30,738 nt of DNA from Pseudobacteriovorax sp. (GCA_050293845.1 JBNKNM010000047.1:1-30738); one strand, 5' to 3'. Shown: positions 1 through 9,964, counted from the first letter of the stretch. Made by a program: numbers and translations. Notes: generated by a model from the sequence alone, not told the origin.

Positions 1-100
1 GGGGAAAATAGGTGCTTTGAGGCTGTTTCGTCGTTGTTCTTGCAGTCCTTGGTGCTGCAGCGGCAAGTAGCATATACACTAGTACAGTATTTGTTCTGTT

Positions 101-844
101 TCACATGCGATCTAACTTCATACTAATACTTGTCAGCAAATTTCCAGCCCAATTTTCGCGAAAGTTTAAGCCAAAAGCCTTCAGGTTATCTGATTTTAAC
201 CAAAACACTTTGACTTTTACGGATAGATTTTGGTTTTTGCAATGTTTAACGATAAAATTCTCCAAATACCGTGGTTTGATAGTTTTTAAGTCAATGAACT
301 CACAACCCTGCCTGATTTGAATCATATGATGAGCGCTTATCTGTGTAACTAAATCATAATTTTCTTGCAAATAATTCTGTAATTTTCTTTGAGCTTCTTT
401 GCTTAATGTCACATTAAAAATACAAGGCTGGTGGCGAAAGCATCTCTCGCCGACTTGATAAAACCACTTCCATGAGTGACTCAAGCCATATATTTCAGAA
501 CTGTAACAGGAAATACCACTTGTTCCACAAATAAACTCCGTCCAAATCCGTTCCGTTTTGGATTTTAACTTAGAATGATTCTCTACAAAAACAATATGTT
601 TACTGAGAGAACCATCGAAATTCACCGACGTGATAACGGCACTTCCTTTCTTTAAAGCAACAATACTCCAACGATCTTCTTCCACTTGAATCAGCTCAAT
701 AATACCCTTGCGACTTACTTTAATCTGTTCATAGCTTATCAGTTTGATAGCTATTTTTTCACCAACCTTCATGGTAAGAACTTCCTCACTAAAACCAGTG
801 TAAGCAAGTAGATTGGTTAGGATAAGGAATATACATTTAGCCAT
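101..844 (-). CDS. Exported protein resembling the N-terminal part of an RcpA/CpaC-type pilus secretin, possibly truncated
   Basis: Signal peptide; LTMKVGEKIAIKL...IVALKKGSAVIT resembles the pilus-secretin N-terminal domain; LSVKVKVFWL...AFGLNF resembles the start of a secretin domain, but the ORF stops ~20 aa later. Confidence 0.4.
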   Translation of the reverse strand: MAKCIFLILTNLLAYTGFSEEVLTMKVGEKIAIKLISYEQIKVSRKGIIELIQVEEDRWSIVALKKGSAVITSVNFDGSLSKHIVFVENHSKLKSKTERIWTEFICGTSGISCYSSEIYGLSHSWKWFYQVGERCFRHQPCIFNVTLSKEAQRKLQNYLQENYDLVTQISAHHMIQIRQGCEFIDLKTIKPRYLENFIVKHCKNQNLSVKVKVFWLKSDNLKAFGLNFRENWAGNLLTSISMKLDRM

Positions 845-1232
845 ATTTTACCTTTGACGACTGACGAAGGCATTTTTCTTTAGGAACTTGAGAGCTTATT
901 GAAAAATCAGTGGATAGTACAAACTTGAGTACTTCTTTCGAAGAAGAATTGCGAGGAAGTAGCAGTGCCATTGTATTTCCTACGTAATTAATAATGTAAG
1001 GATCGCTGGAAATCAAACAATGCTTCCTTTTCGATTGTAAATAGACCACATCTCCGTTCTTAAAAGAATAACGCTTTGGCAAGGAAATCAAAATTCCGCG
1101 GAAGCTGAATGGCCGTTTTTTTTCTTCCATATGAATGATAGATCCAAACCCGACCATAAAAGCCAGCATATGCGTGATAAATTTAGGTATAGGTTGCGCC
1201 GCTTTTAAATATGTTAGAAATCGTAGTCGCAT
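837..1232 (-). CDS. Hypothetical membrane-anchored protein, possibly RcpC/CpaB-like
   Basis: N-terminal hydrophobic segment; GILISLP...FKNGDVVYL is weakly CpaB-like; overlaps the downstream gene by 8 bp. Confidence 0.35.
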   Translation of the reverse strand: MRLRFLTYLKAAQPIPKFITHMLAFMVGFGSIIHMEEKKRPFSFRGILISLPKRYSFKNGDVVYLQSKRKHCLISSDPYIINYVGNTMALLLPRNSSSKEVLKFVLSTDFSISSQVPKEKCLRQSSKVKYG

Positions 1233-1633
1233 TGCAAAATATCCCTTAAATCAAGCTCCCTTCCAATCTGGCAAACAGCCAGACTATCTTGCTGATAATG
1301 GTAAGCACCATAGTCTGCACGGGGAGGAATCATTTCAAATTGCAGCTTACCCATCATGAAAAAACCCGGTTCATGATTGAATCGTCGTGAACTTTCCAGA
1401 AGTTGCTCATAAAATTGATTATGAAATAGGGTTAACCTGGATATCACTAGCAAACTGACACTACTAAAAGCAATTGTGGCTAGGAGCAAGGCTATAGCGG
1501 CGTCCCCCCTATTACTATGGCCTAACATTATAGATCCAATTGGGGTACGCCTGTGGTAATTGGGAATTTTGCTCTTGATAGAGTATAATTCTTTCCTGAA
1601 AGTCCTCACATTCAACCTTATTCCAAGCCTCAA
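1214..1633 (-). CDS. Hypothetical pseudopilin-like protein (TadE/TadG-like); probable start at internal MLGHSNRG
   Basis: NRG|DAAIALLLATIAFSSVSLLV: basic leader, Gly, then a hydrophobic helix, as in class III signal peptides, but without the Glu+5. Confidence 0.35.
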   Translation of the reverse strand: MRLGIRLNVRTFRKELYSIKSKIPNYHRRTPIGSIMLGHSNRGDAAIALLLATIAFSSVSLLVISRLTLFHNQFYEQLLESSRRFNHEPGFFMMGKLQFEMIPPRADYGAYHYQQDSLAVCQIGRELDLRDILQCDYDF

Positions 1634-1868
1634 TCATATCAATGATTTCTTCATAGCCCAGCTTCTGCCTATAAGATTCTTCTATATACACATTGGCTGA
1701 CATCATATTTTTTAAGTAAGCTGCATAACGACCACAGTAAGTTATCAAATGATCTTGTTCCCAGTGTGACAATAACTTATCAACCAAATGCTCCCACTGG
1801 TTAATATTCCAAATGGTCAGTGCGACAAAAGTAAAAATTTGAAAATTTGTGTACCATAAGCCATTCAT
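1515..1868 (-). CDS. Hypothetical protein with N-terminal hydrophobic helix
   Basis: 117 aa ORF, first of four co-oriented overlapping ORFs. Confidence 0.45.
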   Translation of the reverse strand: MNGLWYTNFQIFTFVALTIWNINQWEHLVDKLLSHWEQDHLITYCGRYAAYLKNMMSANVYIEESYRQKLGYEEIIDMIEAWNKVECEDFQERIILYQEQNSQLPQAYPNWIYNVRP

Positions 1869-1952
1869 AGCTTATTTATTTGCTATGAACAGGTGGTAAT
1901 TTACCAATGACTTCGGTTATAATTGTGTGACTTTTCCCAAACGGAGATTATC

Positions 1953-2390
1953 ATGAAGATTCTTTTGATACTGCTCATGGCCCTATGCAGCCTTTCATGC
2001 CAAACCAATGCCGCTACTGGTAAAACCAAGTCAGAATTGATTTTTCAAAGAGTCATCGGTGAACATACAAAAAGCAATCCACACTCCTATTACCAACTGT
2101 GTGAAATCAGGGCGAACCAAATTAAGAATCTGACGAAGGTTCAAGCCAACTTTAAAGCTTTGAAGACAGAAAAGATCCAGGTTGGCTACCCTTTTACAGC
2201 TTTCGTTCCTTCAAAGGAATATTATTTCTTCGAGAGAGGCCAAAAGCACCTAGTCGCTCGCTATAGTTCTACGATAGAAACGAAGGCAAGCTCTCAATTA
2301 GTTATTGATATTATTGATGATATTTGTGGAAGCCACGACCGCAAGCGCAAGGATGCCTCTAAACCACCACTCAAAAATGGTCGCAAATAG
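1953..2390 (+). CDS. Putative lipoprotein
   Basis: ATG at 1953 preceded by GGAG; MKILLILLMALCSLSC lipobox-like signal. Confidence 0.65.
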   Translation: MKILLILLMALCSLSCQTNAATGKTKSELIFQRVIGEHTKSNPHSYYQLCEIRANQIKNLTKVQANFKALKTEKIQVGYPFTAFVPSKEYYFFERGQKHLVARYSSTIETKASSQLVIDIIDDICGSHDRKRKDASKPPLKNGRK

Positions 2391-2496
2391 CTGGATTTTA
2401 AGGGCATTTTCACTGCATTAGCCATGCAATCAAGTGTGGACAGCTTTACTCCGATAGTAATAAAGCTTTTACTTAATAGTTATTATTGGAGTAACA

Positions 2497-2949
2497 ATGT
2501 GGAAGACTGGTGTCTACGTTAGCATTGTAATTGCTGTGCAAAGCTATGGATGCCAATCTAGCGAATCCTCAAAAACCCTTGACCAGGTAAGCCAGGGTCC
2601 TTCCACTAGATCTGTAGATCCGGCATACCTAAGTATCTACTTCAGTAAGGAAATCGTCCCTATCCCCCAAGAAAGAATTGAAGTCATTGTGCGGCCCATC
2701 GAGCAATATGTCAACGGCACAGCATTTATCGGCAACCCTAAAGAGCTTCAAAACATCAGCTTTGATTCAGATCAGGAATACTCTATCAATGTAGAAATAT
2801 TAGGGATGTCCAAAAGAGTTCCGGTTTGGAGTTCAGAAGAATGTAACAAACAGCAATTCTATTATCTATCCCCTGGGAAAAACTCTTTTTTTATCGAAGT
2901 TTGCCCAACGGCTAACAGCCCACAGCATCCCCTATCTTACGATAAGTAA
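2497..2949 (+). CDS. Putative lipoprotein
   Basis: GGAG upstream; signal ending VQSYGC followed by a Ser-rich linker. Confidence 0.6.
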   Translation: MWKTGVYVSIVIAVQSYGCQSSESSKTLDQVSQGPSTRSVDPAYLSIYFSKEIVPIPQERIEVIVRPIEQYVNGTAFIGNPKELQNISFDSDQEYSINVEILGMSKRVPVWSSEECNKQQFYYLSPGKNSFFIEVCPTANSPQHPLSYDK

Positions 2950-3185
2950 GTCTTCATAGCGAACGCATGGAAATTTCGCCTTTTAAGCATTTATATTTCT
3001 AGTTCCCTGCCGATATCAAATTTATTATGCCCGATCACATGATCCGGGATTTGCAATATTAAGTCGGGAAATTTTCAGAAATTTCTTGGTAGCATTGCGT
3101 GCGATCGGATACGAAAAAAGCGTTCATCAAGATATTCCACAGAATAACCCGAGTTAACTCAGATTAGTAGCGATCAGTTTTCATC

Positions 3186-4448
3186 TTGACAACACAGACT
3201 AGTGGCTATTTTTCACATCCAGGCTTGATTAATATTATGACTCATTACTACGACATAGATGACCATCTTTCAGAATTAGCAAATGAATTTCTCCTCAATT
3301 TAGACGATGACCTCGACTTCTTGGAAAAAGAAATTCTAGATCTTTTTGAATCCCCCAGTATCGACGGAGTACGAAAGATATTTGCTAAGGTTCATAGCAT
3401 AAAAGGCTCGGCAGGAGCCTTGGGGCTGGAATTTATAAGCTCTATATGTCACAATTTCGAAGACCAGATCAATCTTTTCAATCACCATATCGATGAAGCT
3501 AAAGGCAATCTTTTTTTCAAATTTGTCGACCTTATGCGAGAATATAAGCTGGCAGTTTTAGCTGATGACATCGATGAAGATGCATTCAACATTAAGCTAA
3601 GATCTATAGCTGTTAAGGATCGCAAGCAGAGAATCCTCATAGTCCAGCGAACAAAAAGCTATATACAGCGATTCACACAGATTCTTAAGGAAAGAAATGT
3701 GGAAATAGCCACAGCTAGAAGTGGTTATGACGCCTTAGGTCGCATACTCAAGGAGCACTTCGATATCATAGTTTGTGACTCACAAACTGGCCCCATAAAT
3801 GGTATTGAACTCGTCCAAATATTAAGAATCATCGACAGCTCCAAAAAAAACAAAATCGTGCTAATCAGTGGTAGCCATGAGAACCTGACGCCAGCCGAGG
3901 TAGGCTTTCCCGATTATCTTATTACCAAAGATATCGATTTTTTTTCCCATATTAGAAAAGTATTTTCTGAGTTGACCGGACCCAAAATTGTGCCCGATAG
4001 TGCATTTACTAAAAAATCAAAATCGGAAAAATTTTCAGATCCACAACAAAATTATCCCAAAATACATAAAATATTATGTATCGAAGATGATCAAATTATT
4101 CAAGCTTTGATAAGAAAATCTCTTCAATGCCTAGAACTGGATACCCTTAACTTCTGTTCCAACGGCAAAGATGGGATCAAACAAGCATTAGCCGACACTC
4201 CAGACCTCGTATTATTGGATTACTTTTTACCCGATATTGATGGTCTTGAGGTATATTCTCAAATACAATCGACTCAACCCCATCATCACAGTATCCCCAT
4301 CATATTCTTAACCGGTAAAGACTCTGAAGTTGAGCGCCAGAAATTACTTGAAGTCGGCGCCATAGCCGTTATTAATAAGCCTTTTGACCCCAAAACGCTG
4401 GACTTAGAAGTTGAAGAATATTGGAGAAAATATTGGGATAGCGTATGA
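3186..4448 (+). CDS. Hpt domain plus two receiver (REC) domains, phosphorelay protein; alternative start ATG 3237
   Basis: Hpt motif KVHSIKGSAG; REC1 DIIVCDSQTGPING with degenerate acidic pocket (LIVQR); REC2 ILCIEDD...DLVLLDYFLPDIDG...FLTG...NKPF. Confidence 0.85.
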   Translation: MTTQTSGYFSHPGLINIMTHYYDIDDHLSELANEFLLNLDDDLDFLEKEILDLFESPSIDGVRKIFAKVHSIKGSAGALGLEFISSICHNFEDQINLFNHHIDEAKGNLFFKFVDLMREYKLAVLADDIDEDAFNIKLRSIAVKDRKQRILIVQRTKSYIQRFTQILKERNVEIATARSGYDALGRILKEHFDIIVCDSQTGPINGIELVQILRIIDSSKKNKIVLISGSHENLTPAEVGFPDYLITKDIDFFSHIRKVFSELTGPKIVPDSAFTKKSKSEKFSDPQQNYPKIHKILCIEDDQIIQALIRKSLQCLELDTLNFCSNGKDGIKQALADTPDLVLLDYFLPDIDGLEVYSQIQSTQPHHHSIPIIFLTGKDSEVERQKLLEVGAIAVINKPFDPKTLDLEVEEYWRKYWDSV

Positions 4449-4466
4449 AGTTCTAGAACAACCGGC

Positions 4467-5288
4467 TTATGCTTTCCCTGCGTGAGATCTAAGATGATCT
4501 TCATACCCCTCACGAAAAGTCGGAAAACAAAATTTAAAACCCAGATCAGTAAGCTTGCGATTCATAACACGCTTCCCCTTAGGAGTTGGTTCCTGCAAAA
4601 CTTCTGTCCTGCTTTTTTTACCCAGTATGTGATGTGCCCAATGCACAATTGAAGACCGATCTGCAGGATCGTTATCAACCCCATTATAGACTTCACCTTT
4701 ATGCCCTTTCTCAATTAAAAACAGGAGTGCCCTGACACAATCATCCCTGTGAATACGATTTGTATAATGGGCTTGATTGCTTAAGGCTATATCCCCTGTA
4801 ATAATTCTATCTATAAATCGTGTTCGCCCTGGACCATATATTCCTCCGAAGCGCACCACAATCCCTGATTGCCGCAACACAACCTGCTCAGCCTCTTTTA
4901 ATATAGCGCGTTTTTCATCAACTTCTCCACCGACTTGGTCTTCATTAACCCATTCTCCAGAGGACTGACCGTATACGGATGTACTGGATACATAAATCAG
5001 GGTTTTAGGAGCCTGAGGAAGCGAGGCGAGAATCTTTCTGAGCCCTTCCAAATATACTCCCCGATATACTTGAGGATCGTTGCTTTTGGCTGCTGGTAGA
5101 TAAAACAATCGATCAATAGGAGGCAAAGAAAAAGATGGATCATACTGCAGGTCCCCTACGATGGGGGAGATTCCTGGCTGTTGTCTTGGATTACGGCTTA
5201 ATACAAAAACCTGACCTTCGGACACTAGGTTTAAAGATAATGGCCATCCTACATAACCTGGTCCAACAACTAAAGAACTCGTACTCAC
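4467..5288 (-). CDS. NAD-dependent epimerase/dehydratase (atypical SDR, YeeZ-like)
   Basis: VVGPGYVG Rossmann motif, YVSSTSVYG, RFGGIYGPGR, TNRIHRDD. Confidence 0.85.
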   Translation of the reverse strand: MSTSSLVVGPGYVGWPLSLNLVSEGQVFVLSRNPRQQPGISPIVGDLQYDPSFSLPPIDRLFYLPAAKSNDPQVYRGVYLEGLRKILASLPQAPKTLIYVSSTSVYGQSSGEWVNEDQVGGEVDEKRAILKEAEQVVLRQSGIVVRFGGIYGPGRTRFIDRIITGDIALSNQAHYTNRIHRDDCVRALLFLIEKGHKGEVYNGVDNDPADRSSIVHWAHHILGKKSRTEVLQEPTPKGKRVMNRKLTDLGFKFCFPTFREGYEDHLRSHAGKA

Positions 5289-5289
5289 T

Positions 5290-5595
5290 TCAAATAGCTT
5301 CCTTGCGATAGGTTTTTAAAATATATTTGATTTCTCCCGTTGAGCGGAAATGGCAAGGTGGTTTGGGACCCACCTCCCCCTCACTGCAGTAGCTTGTTAG
5401 AAGCCTGTCTTTTAATGTTGGCTTTTGCTGATCAAGCCATGCCTTGCATTTTTGCATGGCATCTTGCGCGCTAGTCTTAGAGCAAAACATACGCATCTGA
5501 CTGTTAAGAGTTTCTTCTATTATTTCTACTCTAGGTTTATCAGCGTAAAGCCAAATAGGAACTATGCAAACAAAGGCAATTACGACCCATTTCAT
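5290..5595 (-). CDS. Small exported hypothetical protein with 4 Cys in the mature part
   Basis: N-terminal signal peptide; 1-bp gaps to both neighbours indicate an operon. Confidence 0.65.
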   Translation of the reverse strand: MKWVVIAFVCIVPIWLYADKPRVEIIEETLNSQMRMFCSKTSAQDAMQKCKAWLDQQKPTLKDRLLTSYCSEGEVGPKPPCHFRSTGEIKYILKTYRKEAI

Positions 5596-5596
5596 T

Positions 5597-6010
5597 TTAA
5601 AGCTCTTTCAACAAATATTCCTTCATTAAACTACGCTTAGTTTCAGGTATTTCAATACTAAGCTGTTTTTCAAAATCAAACCACACAAGAATAGCTTTGG
5701 CACGGGCAAGTACTTTTGCATTATGTTTGATTTCATAGACTTGATGAAAACTTTTCTGACCGATATGACTTAACCAGGAAGCTACAACTATGTCGTGATT
5801 CAAGTGACCCTGGGATAGATAATCAATCTCCGTTCTTGCAAGAATGAAGGGAATCTTTTCTGCTTGAGAGAATATCCCTGTACCTAACGCGTCATCCAAC
5901 CAATGAGTACGACAAGTCTCAACATAAGAATGATACACTGCATTGTTAATATGACCTAAACTGTCACAGTCTCTAAACCGCACTTGTATCTTATAATTAT
6001 ATACTTTCAT
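5597..6010 (-). CDS. Acyl-CoA thioesterase (4HBT/YbgC hot-dog family)
   Basis: VRFRDCDSLGHINNAVY signature. Confidence 0.9.
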   Translation of the reverse strand: MKVYNYKIQVRFRDCDSLGHINNAVYHSYVETCRTHWLDDALGTGIFSQAEKIPFILARTEIDYLSQGHLNHDIVVASWLSHIGQKSFHQVYEIKHNAKVLARAKAILVWFDFEKQLSIEIPETKRSLMKEYLLKEL

Positions 6011-6176
6011 TAACTTTTCCTTATTACTCGTTATACAGCAAACTGAAACCCCTAGGGCTAACTGCTGTCGCAGCTATTGATAAGAATCCCATGGTTAGCC
6101 TTGAAGTGAAACTTTTTAAATTCTAAAGATTTGCAGAAAAGGACCAGGAGCCCCTTTCTTAGAGAAATAGTGGCCA

Positions 6177-8174
6177 TTAGCTATATTGGTCAATAATCTC
6201 GTCGCTAGCTTTCTCACTGATAATGAAAATTGGTAGAGCGATAAAAAAGCCTGGAATCTTAGGGAAAATTGACGCATCAACAACCCTGAGTCCATCGACA
6301 CCCCGCACTCTAAATTTACTATCTAAAACCGCCATCGGATCATCATCGGCACCAATGGGACAGGTACATGATGCGTGGTGTCCCCAAGACTCCGTTTTAA
6401 TGTATTCTTTAAGGCTTTCGTCAGATTGCACCTGCTCACCAGGCATCACCTCATCTTCAATAATGCCCTCTGCTGCCTTCATCGTATCACGAGCAACTTT
6501 GACCCCCTCTAAAACCCCTTGAAGGTCATCTATGGGATCATTGCCTTCCTCATAATAATTAAAGTTGATTTCGGGCCTTTCTAAAGGATCTGCACTTCTT
6601 AACGTTACAGTGCCTGCAGTATTATTGGTGTGACCTTTGAGCACTAACCAAGTAAACTGATCACTGATAGACCGGATGAGATCTGAATAACGTTCTGTAT
6701 AACCATCAAATCTACCAGCTAATCCAAACACAAATAAATCAGGACTTTGCCCCTTGCGTTTGGCTTCATCTGATTTTTTTATAATGGCTAAGCTAGAACC
6801 ATTGGAACCATAGAGAGTTCCTTCTCCATTTTTGTTCAGATAATCTGCTAGGCAGGGATCGCCATCTTCTCCAAAAGTACACTCTGCTCTTACGGGAAGA
6901 TTGCGTCTCATCTTGCTAATCACAGGTATTTCATAACGATCTTGGAGATTTGTACCAACACCGGGAAGATCAACTTTGACGGCAATACCCAGGCTTTCTA
7001 TTTCCTCACGAGGACCAATCCCCGACAGTTTTAGTAATTGTGGAGTATTAAAAGCTCCAGCGCTAACGATGACCTCATATTTAGCCCGTATTATTTTTTT
7101 AGGATACGTAGCAGCATCGACTCCCGGTTGATATTCTCTTTCGGCGCGATAAAGTTTTTCACCAATCATAACTTCCACACCAACAACTTTTGGAGTTTTC
7201 GATTCATTGTCAAAGACCAGCTGAGAGACAAACGCATCGGTTTGAATTTTAAGGTTGGAATACTGACTTTCCGTATCCAAAAGTAGTTTTCGCACTCCGC
7301 CACGAGTCCCCGGCGCTACATTCACTCCGCGGTCAAGATCTTGATGATTGCCAATACTCATGGGTACCTGAAAAACCCCTTCTTTCTTGGCAACAACCGA
7401 TAGAAAACTATTGGGATCTAAGATTTTATCTGGATCAAATAGATTGCCGATATTTTTTATAACAGAGCCAAGTCCTTGAGATTTTACTGCTGAAAGCAAA
7501 ATTTTCGTCAGGTCAGGAGCATTAGCAAGTACCTCTAAGTCAGATAGTTTTATCGGTAACCATGCTTCAACTTTTTTCAGGTACTTAAATATCATACCTG
7601 GCTTATTAGGACTAAAAGGATTTAAATCCAATGATCGCCAACTATGATCTCCTGTAATATCGGCAATGTAATCAAAATCTTCCAAATGGGGGAGCATAGT
7701 GATCATAGCATTAACTGCGGTGCTTCCCCCAATTGTTGATCCTCTCGGGTAATAAATGCCTCCGCGAGCTGACCATGAGGCCTCACCATCCTGGTAATGT
7801 TTTCGTTCTGCACTTTGTCTTTCAGGATCTTGATAGTGATTGGTGTAGAAAGCCCAAGAAAGATCACTGTCCTCTGAGGCTGTACCATGAAAAAGCGGAA
7901 TATTGCGGACAGGTTTATGGTTATCACGGCTTCCAGCTTCCAATACTAAAACAGAAAACCCTGCTTTTGCTAAATTACTAGCAAGCGGACCTCCTCCTGC
8001 CCCAGAGCCGACAACAATAAAATCGTATTCTTCAGCAAGATCGACATCAGATTGCGATCCCACATTGGTACCGTAGGCTGATCCCGCTAAACCAGCACCT
8101 AAAGACGCCGAAAGGCCTTTAGTAAAATCTCTGCGATTCAGTTTAAGTTTCTTGTTTTGCTTTTCTTTTTTCAT
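6177..8174 (-). CDS. GMC-family FAD oxidoreductase with twin-arginine (Tat) signal
   Basis: NRRDFTK Tat motif; DFIVVGSGAGGG FAD motif; RGSTIGGSTAVNAM; SAGAFNTPQLLKLSGIG; GVGTNLQD; HHASCTC; VDGLRVVDASIFP. Confidence 0.92.
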   Translation of the reverse strand: MKKEKQNKKLKLNRRDFTKGLSASLGAGLAGSAYGTNVGSQSDVDLAEEYDFIVVGSGAGGGPLASNLAKAGFSVLVLEAGSRDNHKPVRNIPLFHGTASEDSDLSWAFYTNHYQDPERQSAERKHYQDGEASWSARGGIYYPRGSTIGGSTAVNAMITMLPHLEDFDYIADITGDHSWRSLDLNPFSPNKPGMIFKYLKKVEAWLPIKLSDLEVLANAPDLTKILLSAVKSQGLGSVIKNIGNLFDPDKILDPNSFLSVVAKKEGVFQVPMSIGNHQDLDRGVNVAPGTRGGVRKLLLDTESQYSNLKIQTDAFVSQLVFDNESKTPKVVGVEVMIGEKLYRAEREYQPGVDAATYPKKIIRAKYEVIVSAGAFNTPQLLKLSGIGPREEIESLGIAVKVDLPGVGTNLQDRYEIPVISKMRRNLPVRAECTFGEDGDPCLADYLNKNGEGTLYGSNGSSLAIIKKSDEAKRKGQSPDLFVFGLAGRFDGYTERYSDLIRSISDQFTWLVLKGHTNNTAGTVTLRSADPLERPEINFNYYEEGNDPIDDLQGVLEGVKVARDTMKAAEGIIEDEVMPGEQVQSDESLKEYIKTESWGHHASCTCPIGADDDPMAVLDSKFRVRGVDGLRVVDASIFPKIPGFFIALPIFIISEKASDEIIDQYS

Positions 8175-8483
8175 AGATGCCCGCCCTCTTAAAAGACAAT
8201 AAAGAACTTAGTTTCTTAACTTTAATGACTAAATTTCTGAAATGCTGATCGAGCCAAACATAGCTTTAGAATTGGTTCTCGTCAAACGGAAACCAACTAT
8301 GTATCTGTAAAGTTAAGATAAATAGCAAACGCCATGTATCTCCTATTTACTTTCTTTGGCTATCAACTATTCGCGCCGAAACTTGTAGTTGAAAGGGTCA
8401 CAATCATGCCGTTGAGCGATTTACTCGTTTGACGCTCCATGGTAAACTCCGCTCCTTGAAGAAGAATCATTTAGGAGCTGCCT

Positions 8484-9836
8484 TTGACTTCCCTCATTGA
8501 TAGCATTCAATTAGCCTCCCCTCTACCTTGGATCGACACACTAGGTCATTCGGGCTTTGTTACAGCCTTAGGGAAGCAAGAACTAATCTTAACCATATAC
8601 GATCAGAATATGGACATTGGCACCGATCTTGATATCCAGGTCATGTTTGGAGCTAGCCAGTCCTTTCCGATATCGGGAACCATTAAGCAGTTTAGTTCAA
8701 AATCCCTATACTTGCATGTCAGTGATCGCAGTTTAGAAACCCTTAACGATCTGCTGGGACAGGTACGAAAAGATCAGCATATTGAAATTTGCCGTAGCTC
8801 TGATGTTGAGTCCTCAGATAAATTTACGGGGTTTCAGGATGTAAACTTTATTCCCCAAGCCATTCCTGAACTCGACTTCTCCGACTTAGATACTACCGTA
8901 AAATTATTCACCAAAGAATTTGCTTTTCCCATGTTAATTACAGGCATGACGGGCGGTATTGAAAAGGGAATCGAAATTAATCGTAATTTGGCATTGGCAG
9001 CACAAAAGTTTAATATTCCTATGGGGGTTGGCTCCCAGCGTATTGCCCTGGAGAACCCCAGTTATGGCCCCATTTTTGATGTGAAAAAGCACGCGCCTCG
9101 GGTTTTTCTGATTGGTAATTTGGGGTTTGCTCAGCTTAAACAGAGCAATTATTTAGAACTTTGCCAGCGTGCCGTCGACATGATTGATGCAGACGCCTTG
9201 GCTATTCATGTTAACGTGATTCAAGAGGCCGTTCAGGTTGAAGGCGATCGCCACTTTAAAGGTATTTTCAAAAGGTTAGAGCATATTTGCTCCCATATCA
9301 AAAAACCTATCATTATCAAAGAAGTTGGCTCTGGCATCGCTCCTGATACCGCCAAAAAATTGCGAAATATTGGAGCTAGTGGTATCGATATCGGAGGCCG
9401 TGGTGGCACATCTTGGGGTTATATAGAAGGACTACGCAGTTCCCGAAAGGAAACGCAAGCCCTGGCGCAAACATTTCGCAATTGGGGTATTCCGACAGCT
9501 TATGCCTTAATGGCAGCAAGGAAAGCCAATAATACCCTTCCTATCATCGCTACTGGTGGTATCAGGGACGGGCTCATGGTGGCGAAAGCCGTAGCATTAG
9601 GCGCCAACCTTGTGGGAATCGGGCTTCCCCTACTCAGGGCAGCCATCGCAGGACAAAAGCAGGTTGAAGACCTGCTTTCCCTCTATTCCCGAGGACTTAA
9701 AATTGCTATGATCGCTACCGGCAGCCAAAGTTTAAACGACCTTGAACAACATATTGTTCTGGGGCATCCTTTAGCCAATAGTTTTCAAGAGCAGCTTAGC
9801 TCGAAGTTGTACGATCGGGAAATACCAGGATCTTAA
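8484..9836 (+). CDS. fni: Type 2 (FMN-dependent) isopentenyl-diphosphate delta-isomerase with ~90 aa N-terminal extension
   Basis: RKDQHIEIC, PMLITGMTGG, MGVGSQR, HVNVIQE, KEVGSG, GRGGTSW, ATGGIRDG; TTG start preceded by AGGAG. Confidence 0.93.
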   Translation: MTSLIDSIQLASPLPWIDTLGHSGFVTALGKQELILTIYDQNMDIGTDLDIQVMFGASQSFPISGTIKQFSSKSLYLHVSDRSLETLNDLLGQVRKDQHIEICRSSDVESSDKFTGFQDVNFIPQAIPELDFSDLDTTVKLFTKEFAFPMLITGMTGGIEKGIEINRNLALAAQKFNIPMGVGSQRIALENPSYGPIFDVKKHAPRVFLIGNLGFAQLKQSNYLELCQRAVDMIDADALAIHVNVIQEAVQVEGDRHFKGIFKRLEHICSHIKKPIIIKEVGSGIAPDTAKKLRNIGASGIDIGGRGGTSWGYIEGLRSSRKETQALAQTFRNWGIPTAYALMAARKANNTLPIIATGGIRDGLMVAKAVALGANLVGIGLPLLRAAIAGQKQVEDLLSLYSRGLKIAMIATGSQSLNDLEQHIVLGHPLANSFQEQLSSKLYDREIPGS

Positions 9837-9964
9837 GTGAAACCGCTAAATCTATAGCTTGTATATTTTCATAAGAATCAATTGTTTAAGAAAGCTTGAA
9901 CTATTATAAAAACTCGGGCATCTTCTTCCCCAATTAAGGACGATTTTCCATAAGGAAGCCATCA

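Noticed and set aside
3151..3160. Perfect palindrome GAGTTAACTC upstream of the Hpt-REC gene
   Set aside because: Single 10-bp palindrome, expected by chance in 30 kb; no second copy noticed
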